From: a virus
Taxonomy: Duplodnaviria; Heunggongvirae; Uroviricota; Caudoviricetes
Direction: 5' to 3' (one strand)
Length of the DNA stretch: 64,000 nt
Virus record (IMG/VR): IMGVR_UViG_3300048599_000194
Location: 96,001-160,000 of that record
The translations under genes were made by a program, and so were the position numbers. Within the stretch, counting starts at the first letter, position 1, and each line of letters starts with the position of its first letter. The notes beneath the pieces were generated by a model that saw only the letters and a program-made list of their open reading frames with translations, was not told the DNA's origin and ran no database searches. This document shows positions 31,214 to 41,665 of this stretch, one piece after another.

Positions 31214-31864
31214 TTATTCAGACGAATAAGCATTTCTAATAGTAGAAGTAGATGACGCTTTCTTTTCAAATATTGCAAGATCGTAATCGAAAGTAACATT
31301 AAATTTATACAATTCATTTCCTTCATATGCTAATTTTACATTATCGATATTAGTTGGCTTAATGTTTAGAAATTTAATCTTGAATAATTCATCACCTGTC
31401 ACATAACTAAAACATGAAAGAATTACGGCATTTGTATTTACATGTTCACCTTTGGAATAATCTCCAGTATTCAATGCAAATTTTTCATTTAGTGGATTGG
31501 TCATTATCGAAGTATCACCTTCAGAGAATTCACCTCCATTCATGCATTGTTGATGCCATCTTAGTAATGAATTGTATCCTAATAGATTTTCGCCTTCTAA
31601 GATTGTCATATTGATAGTCCCTGCATTGTTAACCGAAGTTGCCACTTTTCTCTCAACTCCGAAATAAAACATCGAGTCGGTTTCACTTTGAAATTTTGGA
31701 ACTTCGGCGTCCTTGACGTGAAAAGATAACAACTCTGAACCTGGATATAAACTTGAATTACTGAATTCTGAGAAATTAAATGTAACTAGCCATTTAGTTG
31801 TTCGTATAGGCTCAGAGGTCTTCTCTAGTGCAGTTACAAAATATCCATACTTCTTATCTAACAT
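31214..31864 (-). CDS. Tail tube protein paralog (gp19-like)
   Basis: EPIRTTKWLVTF, KFLNIKPT, FNVTFDYD. Start reassigned to ATG 31864 (MLDKKY) because TAAATA-N5 precedes it and a terminator lies within the longer ORF call. Confidence 0.75.
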   Translation of the reverse strand: MLDKKYGYFVTALEKTSEPIRTTKWLVTFNFSEFSNSSLYPGSELLSFHVKDAEVPKFQSETDSMFYFGVERKVATSVNNAGTINMTILEGENLLGYNSLLRWHQQCMNGGEFSEGDTSIMTNPLNEKFALNTGDYSKGEHVNTNAVILSCFSYVTGDELFKIKFLNIKPTNIDNVKLAYEGNELYKFNVTFDYDLAIFEKKASSTSTIRNAYSSE

Positions 31865-31877
31865 TCTATTATTTAGG

Positions 31878-31909
31878 AAAAAATAAAGGCTCTCCCAATG
31901 GGAGAGCCT
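31878..31909 (-). terminator. Intrinsic terminator after the sheath-tube operon
   Basis: AGGCTCTCCC-aat-GGGAGAGCCT 10-bp stem followed by a T-rich run on the minus strand. Confidence 0.8.
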
Positions 31910-31934
31910 ATTTGAATAGAAATAATGAATTAAA

Positions 31935-32621
31935 TTACATTCCATTACCCATCGAACCGAGCTTCGATGGAACTACGAAATTGTAGTAGTCTTGATGTGA
32001 AGTCATTGTCCATTTTGCAAGTGCTGGGGACTCGTGACTTAAACTAATTCCGCCAACTGACTTAGGGAAGAAGTTTACGAACGAACATCTCCATAGAACA
32101 ACACCTTGCGTATAATCATACAATTCTAGCCAAATGGTGTCATTATTTCTAACTACGCTATTTGGGAAATCGGTCTGAGTAAACTTACCAGAACCTAGAT
32201 TAACACCCATTCCATTAGTTGCAGTGGGATCAATCGCGGCGGTACTTGGAGTGTCAATAGTCAAAGCCCCCACGTTATGTACATATTGATTCCATAAAGC
32301 AAAGAATCTAAATGCCTTGAGGTCAGAAGTCTCTTGAATCTCCCAGTCTAGTTCAGTGTCGAATTCAGTGTTTGTGGCAAAAGCCATTTTCTGACCCATG
32401 AAGAATGAATCGGCGGTCTGAACCACTACCTTTGGAATAGTACCAGTCTTAACCAGAACCGATAAGTCCTGATCATTGGTAATGTCCGATAAGATTGAAG
32501 GATTACCCATCGCCGTCTTAATGGCCGCAGTATTAACCCTCAATCTCCAGTGAGTGGTTCGAATAGGATCTCGCTGAGAAGACATCTGCGAGATCCAGTA
32601 GAAATTTGATTTATCTGCCAT
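31935..32621 (-). CDS. Major tail tube protein, T4 gp19-like
   Basis: Directly downstream of the sheath with SD AAGGAG; DPIRTTHW...FVNFFPKSVGGISLS...QDYY. Confidence 0.8.
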   Translation of the reverse strand: MADKSNFYWISQMSSQRDPIRTTHWRLRVNTAAIKTAMGNPSILSDITNDQDLSVLVKTGTIPKVVVQTADSFFMGQKMAFATNTEFDTELDWEIQETSDLKAFRFFALWNQYVHNVGALTIDTPSTAAIDPTATNGMGVNLGSGKFTQTDFPNSVVRNNDTIWLELYDYTQGVVLWRCSFVNFFPKSVGGISLSHESPALAKWTMTSHQDYYNFVVPSKLGSMGNGM

Positions 32622-32634
32622 TCTTTATTTCTCC

Positions 32635-34836
32635 TTATACCTTGATTCCAGATTCAACAATTCCGCCAGTTCTATATAGTGTAGTGGTTAGATTGATGAC
32701 TCTAGTATCTCGAACAATCTCTAGACCAACATCGACATTCAACTGGCCTGCATCGATGACATCTGAGGTATTGTTTGTTTCGTCGCAGATAACGTAGTAA
32801 TTGTATAGACCTGCAGGATCTGCATGATTCATGATGAAGTTCAAATCATCATTAAGCATATTCCAAATGGTTTTACGAAGGGCCGCAGTGTTTAACTCAG
32901 CTACGTATTGCTCAAGTAACTTACGGTATCTCTTGTTCAGATTAGCCAAGAAGCAGACTGCATGCCATCTCTGAAGAACAGAGGACTTAGCCATCAAAGT
33001 GTAATCATCCCAGAAGTATTCTCCCGTGGAAGTCAACCTAGAAGGATTGATTCTGCTCTGACTTAGCAAACCAACTTCATCTGGATAAGTACGAGGGTTT
33101 ATTGTTCCAACCGAAGGGGAAGTAATTAAACCTCTATTTGGACCCCACTGGGTCTGCCAAGGGTAAGACGTGCTATATACGTTATATGCAACAACTGCCT
33201 TGAATACTGAACGTGCGGCCTCAATCTGCTTCTTGTTAAATACGTCATTGATTATTTGACGCCCATCCTGGACATTACCCCAGAAAGTAGCATATGATGC
33301 AGTTGAACCTTCAACTTCATTTCCAATTGAAGGGTATCTCTTGAAGTAATCAATCAATGTTTTTACATTTGAACGCTTAGGTAGATCAATGATGCAAGGT
33401 GCATCCATACGGCTACTCGAAGCCTGAAGGAGAGCAGTAACAACTGTCATGTCTCCATTCTCAAGACCTGCGTTTTCTCTGTCAGTGCCAAAAGCATTTA
33501 TCGAAGATCCGCCATCGGCAAGCATCGATACTTCTACATTTGTAGTATCTGCAAACATCCCCCATGCAGATGCCAATGCAGTTGACGATCTCACTGGAGT
33601 TGCTTCTGATGTTCCACCTGTTAACAGTGTCTTAGATGCTGATTTATTCACGACGCTAAGGGTTATTGATTCAGTGCGCTTCTTAAAGGTGAGTAGGTTA
33701 GATGAGATGGTGTCAATTTCTAGCTGATCGCCATAGTCGGTTACATATTCATTGGTTGTTGCGTATATGGTTTCAAGTGGAGTCTGATTTGTTTTCGACT
33801 CATACAATCTAACAATAACCAACCAATTGATTAGATTATTAAGACTCTCGTTCAATGTTTCATCGTCAAGAGAACTTAGATCTGAAGCTAGAACTCCAGA
33901 TACAGTATGGAATTCTCCGTTTACGAAAACATCACCATAAATCTTAGAATCAGAATCAGTATATGGTTCAGAATATACACCGAGGCTTAAAATGAATGAC
34001 TTATATGCGGCTGTTTCTGTAGTATACCAATCATCGGCAGGGCCTGCATTTAGAGAATGAGGAACTTCAAACCCACTCTTGACGTAGTTCACTCCGCCAA
34101 AACCGTATGTCTGAAGCGAACTATATTTTACGGTGGGAGTAGATCCTAGAGGATAAACTGCAACTGCACCAGTGTCAGTACTAGTTCCAACTTTATACTT
34201 AGTTGCGCCATTCACTGTAGTTGAATAGGTGGTCCCGTCTGCCTGTAGATAGTAGGTTCCCGATGCATCTGGATATAGATATGCAACTGTAGTTGCAACT
34301 GCATATTCAAATGTCTGAATGGAAACGTAATACTTATCAAAACCTGGGTATTTTAGGAACATTGTAAAAGGAGAATCTGTATCGCTAGATGCAACTGTCT
34401 TTTGATTTACCTTATTCAAAACAACGTCAGACATATTATACGAAATGGCAACCGGAGTTATTGCATCTCCTGTTCCATTAGTGTCCTGGGTAATTTCACC
34501 ACTTCCAGTCACTGGGGCGAGATATACGCCATAATTAAGAGTTTCTGCTGAGTTTGCCTGAACTGTACGGACAATAACAATTTCAGCACCTGCATTTAAT
34601 AAAATCTTTGCATTGTGAAGCAAGTAAACTTCATTTGGCTTATATCCCTTAGGAGTACCAAAAATTGAATATAGATCACTTTCAGTGCTAACAACAACTG
34701 GAATATTGGATGGTCCCTTAGGAGTCCAGCCAACCAAACCGATTCTATATGGTGCAGAAGTGGTATTAGGGCGACCAGAGATGTCCTTGATATTAATCTG
34801 AACTCCAGCCGCTCCTTTTAGATTAGATTTGATCAT
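32635..34836 (-). CDS. Tail sheath protein, T4 gp18-like
   Basis: GVQINIKDIS, GWTPKGP, IFGTP, WGPNRG, RINP, YYVICDETNNTSDVIDAGQLNVDV. Confidence 0.92.
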   Translation of the reverse strand: MIKSNLKGAAGVQINIKDISGRPNTTSAPYRIGLVGWTPKGPSNIPVVVSTESDLYSIFGTPKGYKPNEVYLLHNAKILLNAGAEIVIVRTVQANSAETLNYGVYLAPVTGSGEITQDTNGTGDAITPVAISYNMSDVVLNKVNQKTVASSDTDSPFTMFLKYPGFDKYYVSIQTFEYAVATTVAYLYPDASGTYYLQADGTTYSTTVNGATKYKVGTSTDTGAVAVYPLGSTPTVKYSSLQTYGFGGVNYVKSGFEVPHSLNAGPADDWYTTETAAYKSFILSLGVYSEPYTDSDSKIYGDVFVNGEFHTVSGVLASDLSSLDDETLNESLNNLINWLVIVRLYESKTNQTPLETIYATTNEYVTDYGDQLEIDTISSNLLTFKKRTESITLSVVNKSASKTLLTGGTSEATPVRSSTALASAWGMFADTTNVEVSMLADGGSSINAFGTDRENAGLENGDMTVVTALLQASSSRMDAPCIIDLPKRSNVKTLIDYFKRYPSIGNEVEGSTASYATFWGNVQDGRQIINDVFNKKQIEAARSVFKAVVAYNVYSTSYPWQTQWGPNRGLITSPSVGTINPRTYPDEVGLLSQSRINPSRLTSTGEYFWDDYTLMAKSSVLQRWHAVCFLANLNKRYRKLLEQYVAELNTAALRKTIWNMLNDDLNFIMNHADPAGLYNYYVICDETNNTSDVIDAGQLNVDVGLEIVRDTRVINLTTTLYRTGGIVESGIKV

Positions 34837-34915
34837 GTAAAAACTCCCTACTTTGTTTAATATTTAGTTCAATATGGCGAAATTAAGATTTTTTCCAACT
34901 TCCTAAATATTCTAG

Positions 34916-35863
34916 ATGAACTCTAATATGGCATTGTATTTTAAGGGTAACTGGTCGGCTGAACAGTTAGCTGAAATGGGAATTAATACAAGAGATGCAT
35001 TTAATCCATATAATCAAATGCAGAATAGATTTGCTGATCAAGTAACCCATGATAATCTAGCAGGTGAATACACTGATGTTAATGGAGTTCAGTGCATTTA
35101 TTATGTTGCTTCGTTAGATACTACTAGAGATCCAATATATCATGAAGATCCAACTCAAACTATGGAACGTGTATTTCACGTTAAAATGGTTGGAGACGAA
35201 ACAATTGCCGCAGATAAAATTAAATTTGGTAGATTTGTATTTGAGGGCATGGACGAAATTAATGTGTTTATACACAGAGCAACTTTCTTTGAGATGAATT
35301 ATGCTAGTCTACAGAATTATGGAATTGCTCCATTACTAGATCCTCTTGATCATAACCCTATTATATCTGAGCGAGGTGGAGCCCAATTTAACTATAAGGG
35401 GTATTCCAAAGCTCAAATATTCCCAAAAGCGAGCGATCTAATAAAACCTGATTGGAATAATCTATTATACGAAATCACTGATGTTAGAATAGAAATACCT
35501 GATCAGAGTTTCTTACAAAGAAAATATTTCTTTGGAATAACACTACGTCAATACAGAGACGACCATCGCGATATCGCTGGCACTGTGGAAAATAATGGAT
35601 TCAACACTGAAGGGTATATTGATAATAAGTTTGATAGATATACTGATCTAGATATTGCAGGAAATATTCAAAACGAGCCAATTCAGGATAGTGATGAAGA
35701 TACCAGAAGATATTGGGGTAATCCTGAACATCCATACGGTGTACATGAAGGAAGCATATCTAAAAAGGATACTGTTACATTTAGACCGGACACGATTCCA
35801 GAAGGAACTCCGAATATTAGCGATAATAAGAGATTTAGACCTTCTCCATTTGGCCGAGCATAA
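34916..35863 (+). CDS. Neck/head completion protein, T4 gp14-like
   Basis: GVQCIYY...DPIYHEDP...FGRFVFEGMDEINVFIHR...PKASDLI...LYEITDV. Confidence 0.7.
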   Translation: MNSNMALYFKGNWSAEQLAEMGINTRDAFNPYNQMQNRFADQVTHDNLAGEYTDVNGVQCIYYVASLDTTRDPIYHEDPTQTMERVFHVKMVGDETIAADKIKFGRFVFEGMDEINVFIHRATFFEMNYASLQNYGIAPLLDPLDHNPIISERGGAQFNYKGYSKAQIFPKASDLIKPDWNNLLYEITDVRIEIPDQSFLQRKYFFGITLRQYRDDHRDIAGTVENNGFNTEGYIDNKFDRYTDLDIAGNIQNEPIQDSDEDTRRYWGNPEHPYGVHEGSISKKDTVTFRPDTIPEGTPNISDNKRFRPSPFGRA

Positions 35864-35906
35864 TAAATCAGATATACATTTTGCCTAAATATTAGGCGAG
35901 GTTAAA

Positions 35907-37868
35907 ATGTATCACGATTTAGATGAATTCAATAAGCTAATGGGCCAAGTTGAGGCAAAATCAACATTCATCCCAAAGGCACCTAATACGGAAAGTGTAC
36001 TCGATCTTGGTAATTACAATATGGAACCAGTTCACGAAGGCATTCTACAAAACGGAATTAATAGAATGTCTAATATTTTATCAGCTAATCTAAAAAGTAA
36101 GATTAGTGGCGAATGGAAACATTTAGATGAAGAAGAACGTCGCCTATTACTAAGAACAATCGCAGGTAATTCGAGTGCATTTGAAGATACTAATGGAATT
36201 GAAGTTGCACTCGCGCAGGCATTCAAAGATAAAGCTCTACTTCCAACTAAAGCCGAAGATGGAACTGCGGCCATAATAATTAACAAAGATGTTGATATTT
36301 CTAATTCAGGCGCGGCTAAATTCCCACAAATATCAATTCAAGAGATCAAAGGAAATTTGAAATGTAACTATTCAACCTTCTCTACATTTAATGGATTTCC
36401 TGACAGTGTAAAGTCAATCGAATTTGCCAAGGGAAAGTCTCAAATAGAAAATTTAGAAGGACTTCCGGATACTACCGGGAGAAATGATGCGAATTATTCA
36501 ATCGACTTGAAGAATACTAAGATCAATTCGCTCAAGGGTTGGAGATCCAGAGGAACAGTGAAAGGGCATGTTAGTTTTAGGGGGTGTGATCTCAAGGATG
36601 TAAATGTGGATGCCTCAATATACATTGCAGGTAGCTTAGATATTAGAGATAATCCGCACATCTCAATCGAATCATTGAAGGCCATCGTATTAAAAGATTA
36701 TTCGAAGAATCAAATAATAGTTAAGGGTCAAATCTACCATACATTAGAAGAGGATGGATTTTATTCAACGAAGAAAATAAAATCTGATGACTATTCTCAA
36801 GAAGATCTTGGAGCTTTAACAGAGGCTACTGCAAATAAACAAGGCTCTTCAATTTCGCAAGAAGAATTATGGAAAATTGGTCCAGAAATCATACGACAGG
36901 CCGAAGAGAGAAAAAGTAAGAAAGAAGCAGGATCTATTAAGGATTCTTTAAGTAAAAAGATTAAGCCGGAAGTTCAATCTATTGTAAAAGACATGGCATC
37001 TAGTCAACTAGATAGAAATTCTGTTGCTCAGGCGAGTCAGAAAATTACAAGAGGGATGTCTTCTGATGAGTTCAGAACAATGATGAAAGGCTTATTTGAT
37101 AATCTATTAAAACAGCTTAATGAGCTTATGAGAAATACAAATGGAGGAGATTCTTCCAAGGTTGAAAAATCAATTGAGACGATCACAAAGGTTACCGCAG
37201 AAACAGCCGCATCTGAAATGGAGAAATTTGAGAAATTATTTGATGCAATGATGGAAAAGGATGGATGTTTAGATACAAATGCACTAAACGCTTCAATTGA
37301 TTCCATCATTAAATCAATATCGCCACTTGCGGCTAAAGGTCCAGTAGAATTAAAGTCTAGAATTAATGATCTGTCGCAGAATTCATCTGACAGAAACAAA
37401 TATGAACTAGCAGTTAATGCATTTCTTAAAACACTATACATTGATATTTTAGGGTATTCTCGGGTTGATCCTAAGCTCGCAGGTCAGATTGTGGACAAAT
37501 GTTTTGGATCGGAAGAGGCTCAATCAGAGGCTCCTGATGCGCAGGAAGCCCCATCAGATGAGCAAGCTCCAACTACCGCCCAGGAAGAACCAACGGCCCC
37601 TGACGGAACTCCTGAGCCTGCAGTGGAGCCTAATGCACTTGAGACTAAGCCAGCGGAACAGTCTCAAACTAAAGTCAAGACCCAAGGACCAGCGACAGTA
37701 AATCCCAGTGAATTACCAAAGCCTGTGCAAGCAAAGGCCCCAACAACCAGTACACCTTCTAACTATAGTGAAAAGGAACGTAAAGGACTTGAAAGATTTC
37801 GCGCTCTATTAAATACTCCAAAAGTTACTAGCAATGAATCAAAGAAAAAGAATTCGGAGGAGAAATGA
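35907..37868 (+). CDS. Probable head-associated protein with short LRR-like repeats and Pro/Ala/Glu-rich tail
   Basis: FSTFNGFPD, IENLEGLPD and INSLKGW repeats; VHE/LTE potential cleavage sites; late box plus GAGG. Confidence 0.55.
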   Translation: MYHDLDEFNKLMGQVEAKSTFIPKAPNTESVLDLGNYNMEPVHEGILQNGINRMSNILSANLKSKISGEWKHLDEEERRLLLRTIAGNSSAFEDTNGIEVALAQAFKDKALLPTKAEDGTAAIIINKDVDISNSGAAKFPQISIQEIKGNLKCNYSTFSTFNGFPDSVKSIEFAKGKSQIENLEGLPDTTGRNDANYSIDLKNTKINSLKGWRSRGTVKGHVSFRGCDLKDVNVDASIYIAGSLDIRDNPHISIESLKAIVLKDYSKNQIIVKGQIYHTLEEDGFYSTKKIKSDDYSQEDLGALTEATANKQGSSISQEELWKIGPEIIRQAEERKSKKEAGSIKDSLSKKIKPEVQSIVKDMASSQLDRNSVAQASQKITRGMSSDEFRTMMKGLFDNLLKQLNELMRNTNGGDSSKVEKSIETITKVTAETAASEMEKFEKLFDAMMEKDGCLDTNALNASIDSIIKSISPLAAKGPVELKSRINDLSQNSSDRNKYELAVNAFLKTLYIDILGYSRVDPKLAGQIVDKCFGSEEAQSEAPDAQEAPSDEQAPTTAQEEPTAPDGTPEPAVEPNALETKPAEQSQTKVKTQGPATVNPSELPKPVQAKAPTTSTPSNYSEKERKGLERFRALLNTPKVTSNESKKKNSEEK

Positions 37869-39898
37869 AGTTCTATAATGTAACTAGTCTATTTGAGGCT
37901 GTTGCCAATCAACCACTAGACACTCAGTCAACAACATTTGATCAAAATTTGAAGATTATTAGAGTGATCGACTATCTAACAACTGGAATAGATTCTGGAT
38001 TTTCTGACGAATCAACTCAAGCAGGTGGATCTGAACTAGCCGGAACGAGAGAGGGTGGGAGGGGTGCATACAGTAAACATAAGGATTATTGCCTTAGTTG
38101 CGTTAATATGATTGTCACTAATGCAGGTAAAGACGCATTTAGTGGATTATCATACGAAGACGTATTAGTACCTAGAATTCCTTTGGAATATATGGGAGAT
38201 GAAGAGAATGTTGATGAAGAATGGGCATTCATCGAGAGTTGTGATGCAGTAAGAAATAATTTCTCAGATAGAGATACTATACAATTATCGACTTCTGATG
38301 TCAGTGCATCTTCGATATTTGGAATGGATTCAGTAAAGAAAATAACTAAAAATACAAAATTCTATAAATCTTCACTTCTATTCGGATATGTAATAGATGA
38401 GCAAAAGATAACATATACAAACGGCGACGAGGAAGGTGTAATCTCACTAAAGAGCAAAATATTAAATCTTGATCCGGAGATGAAGTATATGGATGAAGAG
38501 ATTGAGAAAAATAGACCGCTTGCCATAAAGTTTCTTAAAAAAGTTCTTGAATTGAATCCAGATAACCTTAATATAACTAATGATAATAGTGGAGAAGCTA
38601 AGAATGATCTAATGAGCGCACCGGGTGCAACTAAGTCAACTCTAGAAGAGGCTAAGAGTCCTAATAAGGAATCTACGAATACTGCAAATACAAGTGAGCT
38701 TCTTGTTAGATTTAAGCAAACTGTTCCAGAAGATGGGAATGTATTCCTATCGCCTAACGAGATCAAGGATTTCATACCATTATTTGAATATGTTAGAGTA
38801 GATGGTGCTCAAAATGATGAATTCTTCGGCATATTATCCAATGGAATGCAGTCCCTTGAAGACGAAGGTGTGCATTTCGGAGATAATCTAAATGTTGCAG
38901 GAGATGTACAGAATGTATTAATGCAAGGAAATTATGACTTGGTGGTTGGATATAGTCAGGCTGGAGATACAACGCACACGAAACAATTTAACAATAAGGG
39001 TGAAGAAATATTTGTCGGATATGTAACCAATTACAAAGATCAGAAAGATGATGCAGTAATTCCAGTATACTTCACAACCACAAATAAATCAACTATCTCA
39101 AATATGGAGTCTAAGAAAGGTACTCCATTACATGTAAATGAATTAAAAAATACTAAGACCTCAATCCCATTTAAGAAGTTGAATACGAGCGGAGTTGCAA
39201 AACGAATGGGTGGAAATGAGATCATATTCCAATTGCCAATTGAGATTTACTCAAAGGCTGGTCAAGAAGTAGCCCAGTCAGTAACTCCGGAAGAAAATAA
39301 GACTTCTCCCGAAATACCTACTGAACCAATAACACCAGAATCTAAGAAGAGTACTAGAAAACCTAAAGAGAAAACTTCAGGGACCAAAGCGCCAGCAGAA
39401 TCCACAAAGACTAATGAAACCCCCACCGCTACTAAAGAAGAAACTCCAGGTGGAATCCTTAAGAGAATAGGAGCAAATTTCAAGGCGGGTACTATTAGCA
39501 GAGATAATGCAATTTTGGCGATAAAAAATGAGATTAAGTCTAAGCTAAACAAGGACATATCTCTCGATAAGATACAAGCATCATTCGATAAGCTATTCTC
39601 TTCAGATAAACCAAGAGGTGAGAATGAAATTAGAAGAGACGATCAATATAGCACTTTATTAGGTCCAGATGTCAGAAACACAAAACTAGCTAAATCAGCA
39701 CTTGAGAGAGTTAAGTCATTGGCACAGCTTGGGCATAAATTTACTCCCGAAGAAGTAAGTAATTTGGTGTCAAGGGGTCTTAATCAAGCTGATGTTGATA
39801 GCGTAATAAAGAAATATTCGATAATGGAAGTTAGAATATCTCCTAGTAGCTTCAATATGAAAGCATTGATGGAGAATCTTAATTCAAAGAAAAAGTAA
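37865..39898 (+). CDS. Hypothetical, probably head-packaged protein
   Basis: 677 aa, ATGA-coupled; N-terminus MKFYNVTSLFEA has h-x-E at position 11. Confidence 0.55.
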   Translation: MKFYNVTSLFEAVANQPLDTQSTTFDQNLKIIRVIDYLTTGIDSGFSDESTQAGGSELAGTREGGRGAYSKHKDYCLSCVNMIVTNAGKDAFSGLSYEDVLVPRIPLEYMGDEENVDEEWAFIESCDAVRNNFSDRDTIQLSTSDVSASSIFGMDSVKKITKNTKFYKSSLLFGYVIDEQKITYTNGDEEGVISLKSKILNLDPEMKYMDEEIEKNRPLAIKFLKKVLELNPDNLNITNDNSGEAKNDLMSAPGATKSTLEEAKSPNKESTNTANTSELLVRFKQTVPEDGNVFLSPNEIKDFIPLFEYVRVDGAQNDEFFGILSNGMQSLEDEGVHFGDNLNVAGDVQNVLMQGNYDLVVGYSQAGDTTHTKQFNNKGEEIFVGYVTNYKDQKDDAVIPVYFTTTNKSTISNMESKKGTPLHVNELKNTKTSIPFKKLNTSGVAKRMGGNEIIFQLPIEIYSKAGQEVAQSVTPEENKTSPEIPTEPITPESKKSTRKPKEKTSGTKAPAESTKTNETPTATKEETPGGILKRIGANFKAGTISRDNAILAIKNEIKSKLNKDISLDKIQASFDKLFSSDKPRGENEIRRDDQYSTLLGPDVRNTKLAKSALERVKSLAQLGHKFTPEEVSNLVSRGLNQADVDSVIKKYSIMEVRISPSSFNMKALMENLNSKKK

Positions 39899-39904
39899 GG
39901 TGAT

Positions 39905-41665
39905 TTGATGTACATGAATAATGCGTCGCTAAGAGGCGACTACGATGAAGTTGAATACACTGAAGAGATGACAGAAGAACTCATTAAGTGCATTAACGAT
40001 CCAATATATTTCATAGAAAACTACATTAAAATAATAAGCGCACAGAAAAAGGTATTATTCAAACTAAGAGAATATCAGATAACCTATATTAATCTAATTC
40101 ACGAGAATTCAAATGTAATGTGCATGTGGGGTCGTCAGTCTGGTAAATCTGTATCTACCGCCGCATATATTGCGTGGAAGATCATATTCAATCCAAACGT
40201 CAAGGTATTATTACTAGCCGACCAGCAAGATAAAGCGGTTGAGCAATTAAAACGTATCAAGGAAATGATTGAAGGCATTCCACTATGGATGCAAATGGGA
40301 GTAAAAAAATGGGCAGAAAAGAGAATCATATTCTCCAACAATTCGGAAGTTAGAGCGGCGGCAACCCACGCAAAGGCCGCATCAGGTTACACTGTTAATT
40401 TCCTATATCTTGACGAATTCGCTCTAGTAGATGACAATATTGCGCAAGACTTTATGTTGTCTGTATTTCCAACAGTATCATCAGACCCGAACGCTAAAAT
40501 AGCCATTACAAGCACACCCCGTGGTAAAAATAATTTCTACAGGATGTGGGAAAAGAATGAAAAGAAACATAGGAATGGGACAATAACCGGAGAAGATTTC
40601 ATTACATTTAGAATTAGATGGAATGATGTCCCCGGTAGAGATGATGTTTGGAGAGCAGGCGAAATAGAGAAAATTGGCGAAATTGCATTCAAACAGGAAT
40701 ATGACTGCGAGTTCGAAGGATCTCTTGCAACTCTGGTACACGCTACCTTCATAAAGGCGCTTAAAGACAAGTATATGAAAGATCCACTGAATATACTAGA
40801 CGATAAACGACTTAGAATATTTTCGTGGCCTATTCAAAAGAAAGAGATTGACGATAATAACTATGAATATTTAATCACGGTTGATCCTGCAATGGGAACT
40901 AAACAGGACTTTACTGTTGCTCAAGTTTGGCTAATCAGATCGAATACCGATATAGAACAAGTTGCCATATATCAATCAAATGATGTCCCCCCAGATACAT
41001 TTGTAGCAAAGATACTTGCACTATGTAAAATGTACCATAATCCATATGTAATAATTGAAACAATGGAACCTGCGGGTGGTATAATACTAGGTCTTTTACT
41101 ACATAGCAATAATTACTATAATGTAATCAACATGCAAAAAGAAGGAGTTGGCTTTAGAATGACACATGAGGTCAAAATTAAAGCATGTACGTTATTGCAA
41201 GTTTACTTCGAAAAACAGGCATTGAAATTAAGAGACGAATTTACATATGGCGAAATTGAAATGTTCGGTAAAAAGAATAATACTTTTAGGGCAATTGGAG
41301 ATAACCACGACGACTGTGTAATGTCGGTATTATCGATGCTATATTACGTCAATAGTCCATATTTTTATGGCAACATGGATAAAGAATCAATACATAGAAA
41401 ACCAACCACGGTAAAAACCGACGGTCTTGAAAATACAGACGATATGTTAATCAAAGAAGCATTAAGTCGAATGACAGAAGCAGATGATCTGCGAGGAGGA
41501 GGAGATTACGGTCTGGGTGGTTTCATCATACCTTCAAATAATAAGGTGGTATATGAGGATGCGGTTAGATGGAAAGATGAGCACGTACCCGATCAAAGAT
41601 CTAATCCAATGTTTAATCCCCATGCCGGAGGTAATATGTTCTGGCATAATCAAACCGGATATTAA
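39905..41665 (+). CDS. terL: Terminase large subunit, T4 gp17-like
   Basis: KCINDPIYFIENY, LREYQ, Walker A WGRQSGKS, Walker B LYLDEFA, TSTPRG, FKQEYDCEF, nuclease VDPAMG and HDDCVM. The true start may be ATG 39908. Confidence 0.95.
   Translation: MMYMNNASLRGDYDEVEYTEEMTEELIKCINDPIYFIENYIKIISAQKKVLFKLREYQITYINLIHENSNVMCMWGRQSGKSVSTAAYIAWKIIFNPNVKVLLLADQQDKAVEQLKRIKEMIEGIPLWMQMGVKKWAEKRIIFSNNSEVRAAATHAKAASGYTVNFLYLDEFALVDDNIAQDFMLSVFPTVSSDPNAKIAITSTPRGKNNFYRMWEKNEKKHRNGTITGEDFITFRIRWNDVPGRDDVWRAGEIEKIGEIAFKQEYDCEFEGSLATLVHATFIKALKDKYMKDPLNILDDKRLRIFSWPIQKKEIDDNNYEYLITVDPAMGTKQDFTVAQVWLIRSNTDIEQVAIYQSNDVPPDTFVAKILALCKMYHNPYVIIETMEPAGGIILGLLLHSNNYYNVINMQKEGVGFRMTHEVKIKACTLLQVYFEKQALKLRDEFTYGEIEMFGKKNNTFRAIGDNHDDCVMSVLSMLYYVNSPYFYGNMDKESIHRKPTTVKTDGLENTDDMLIKEALSRMTEADDLRGGGDYGLGGFIIPSNNKVVYEDAVRWKDEHVPDQRSNPMFNPHAGGNMFWHNQTGY

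Noticed and set aside
31865-31945. N-terminal extension of the second tail tube ORF
   Set aside because: It spans a terminator hairpin and a late promoter; ATG 31864 fits the TAAATA-N5 rule.
39905-41665. Intron or intein in the terminase
   Set aside because: ATPase and nuclease motifs are contiguous at normal spacing.
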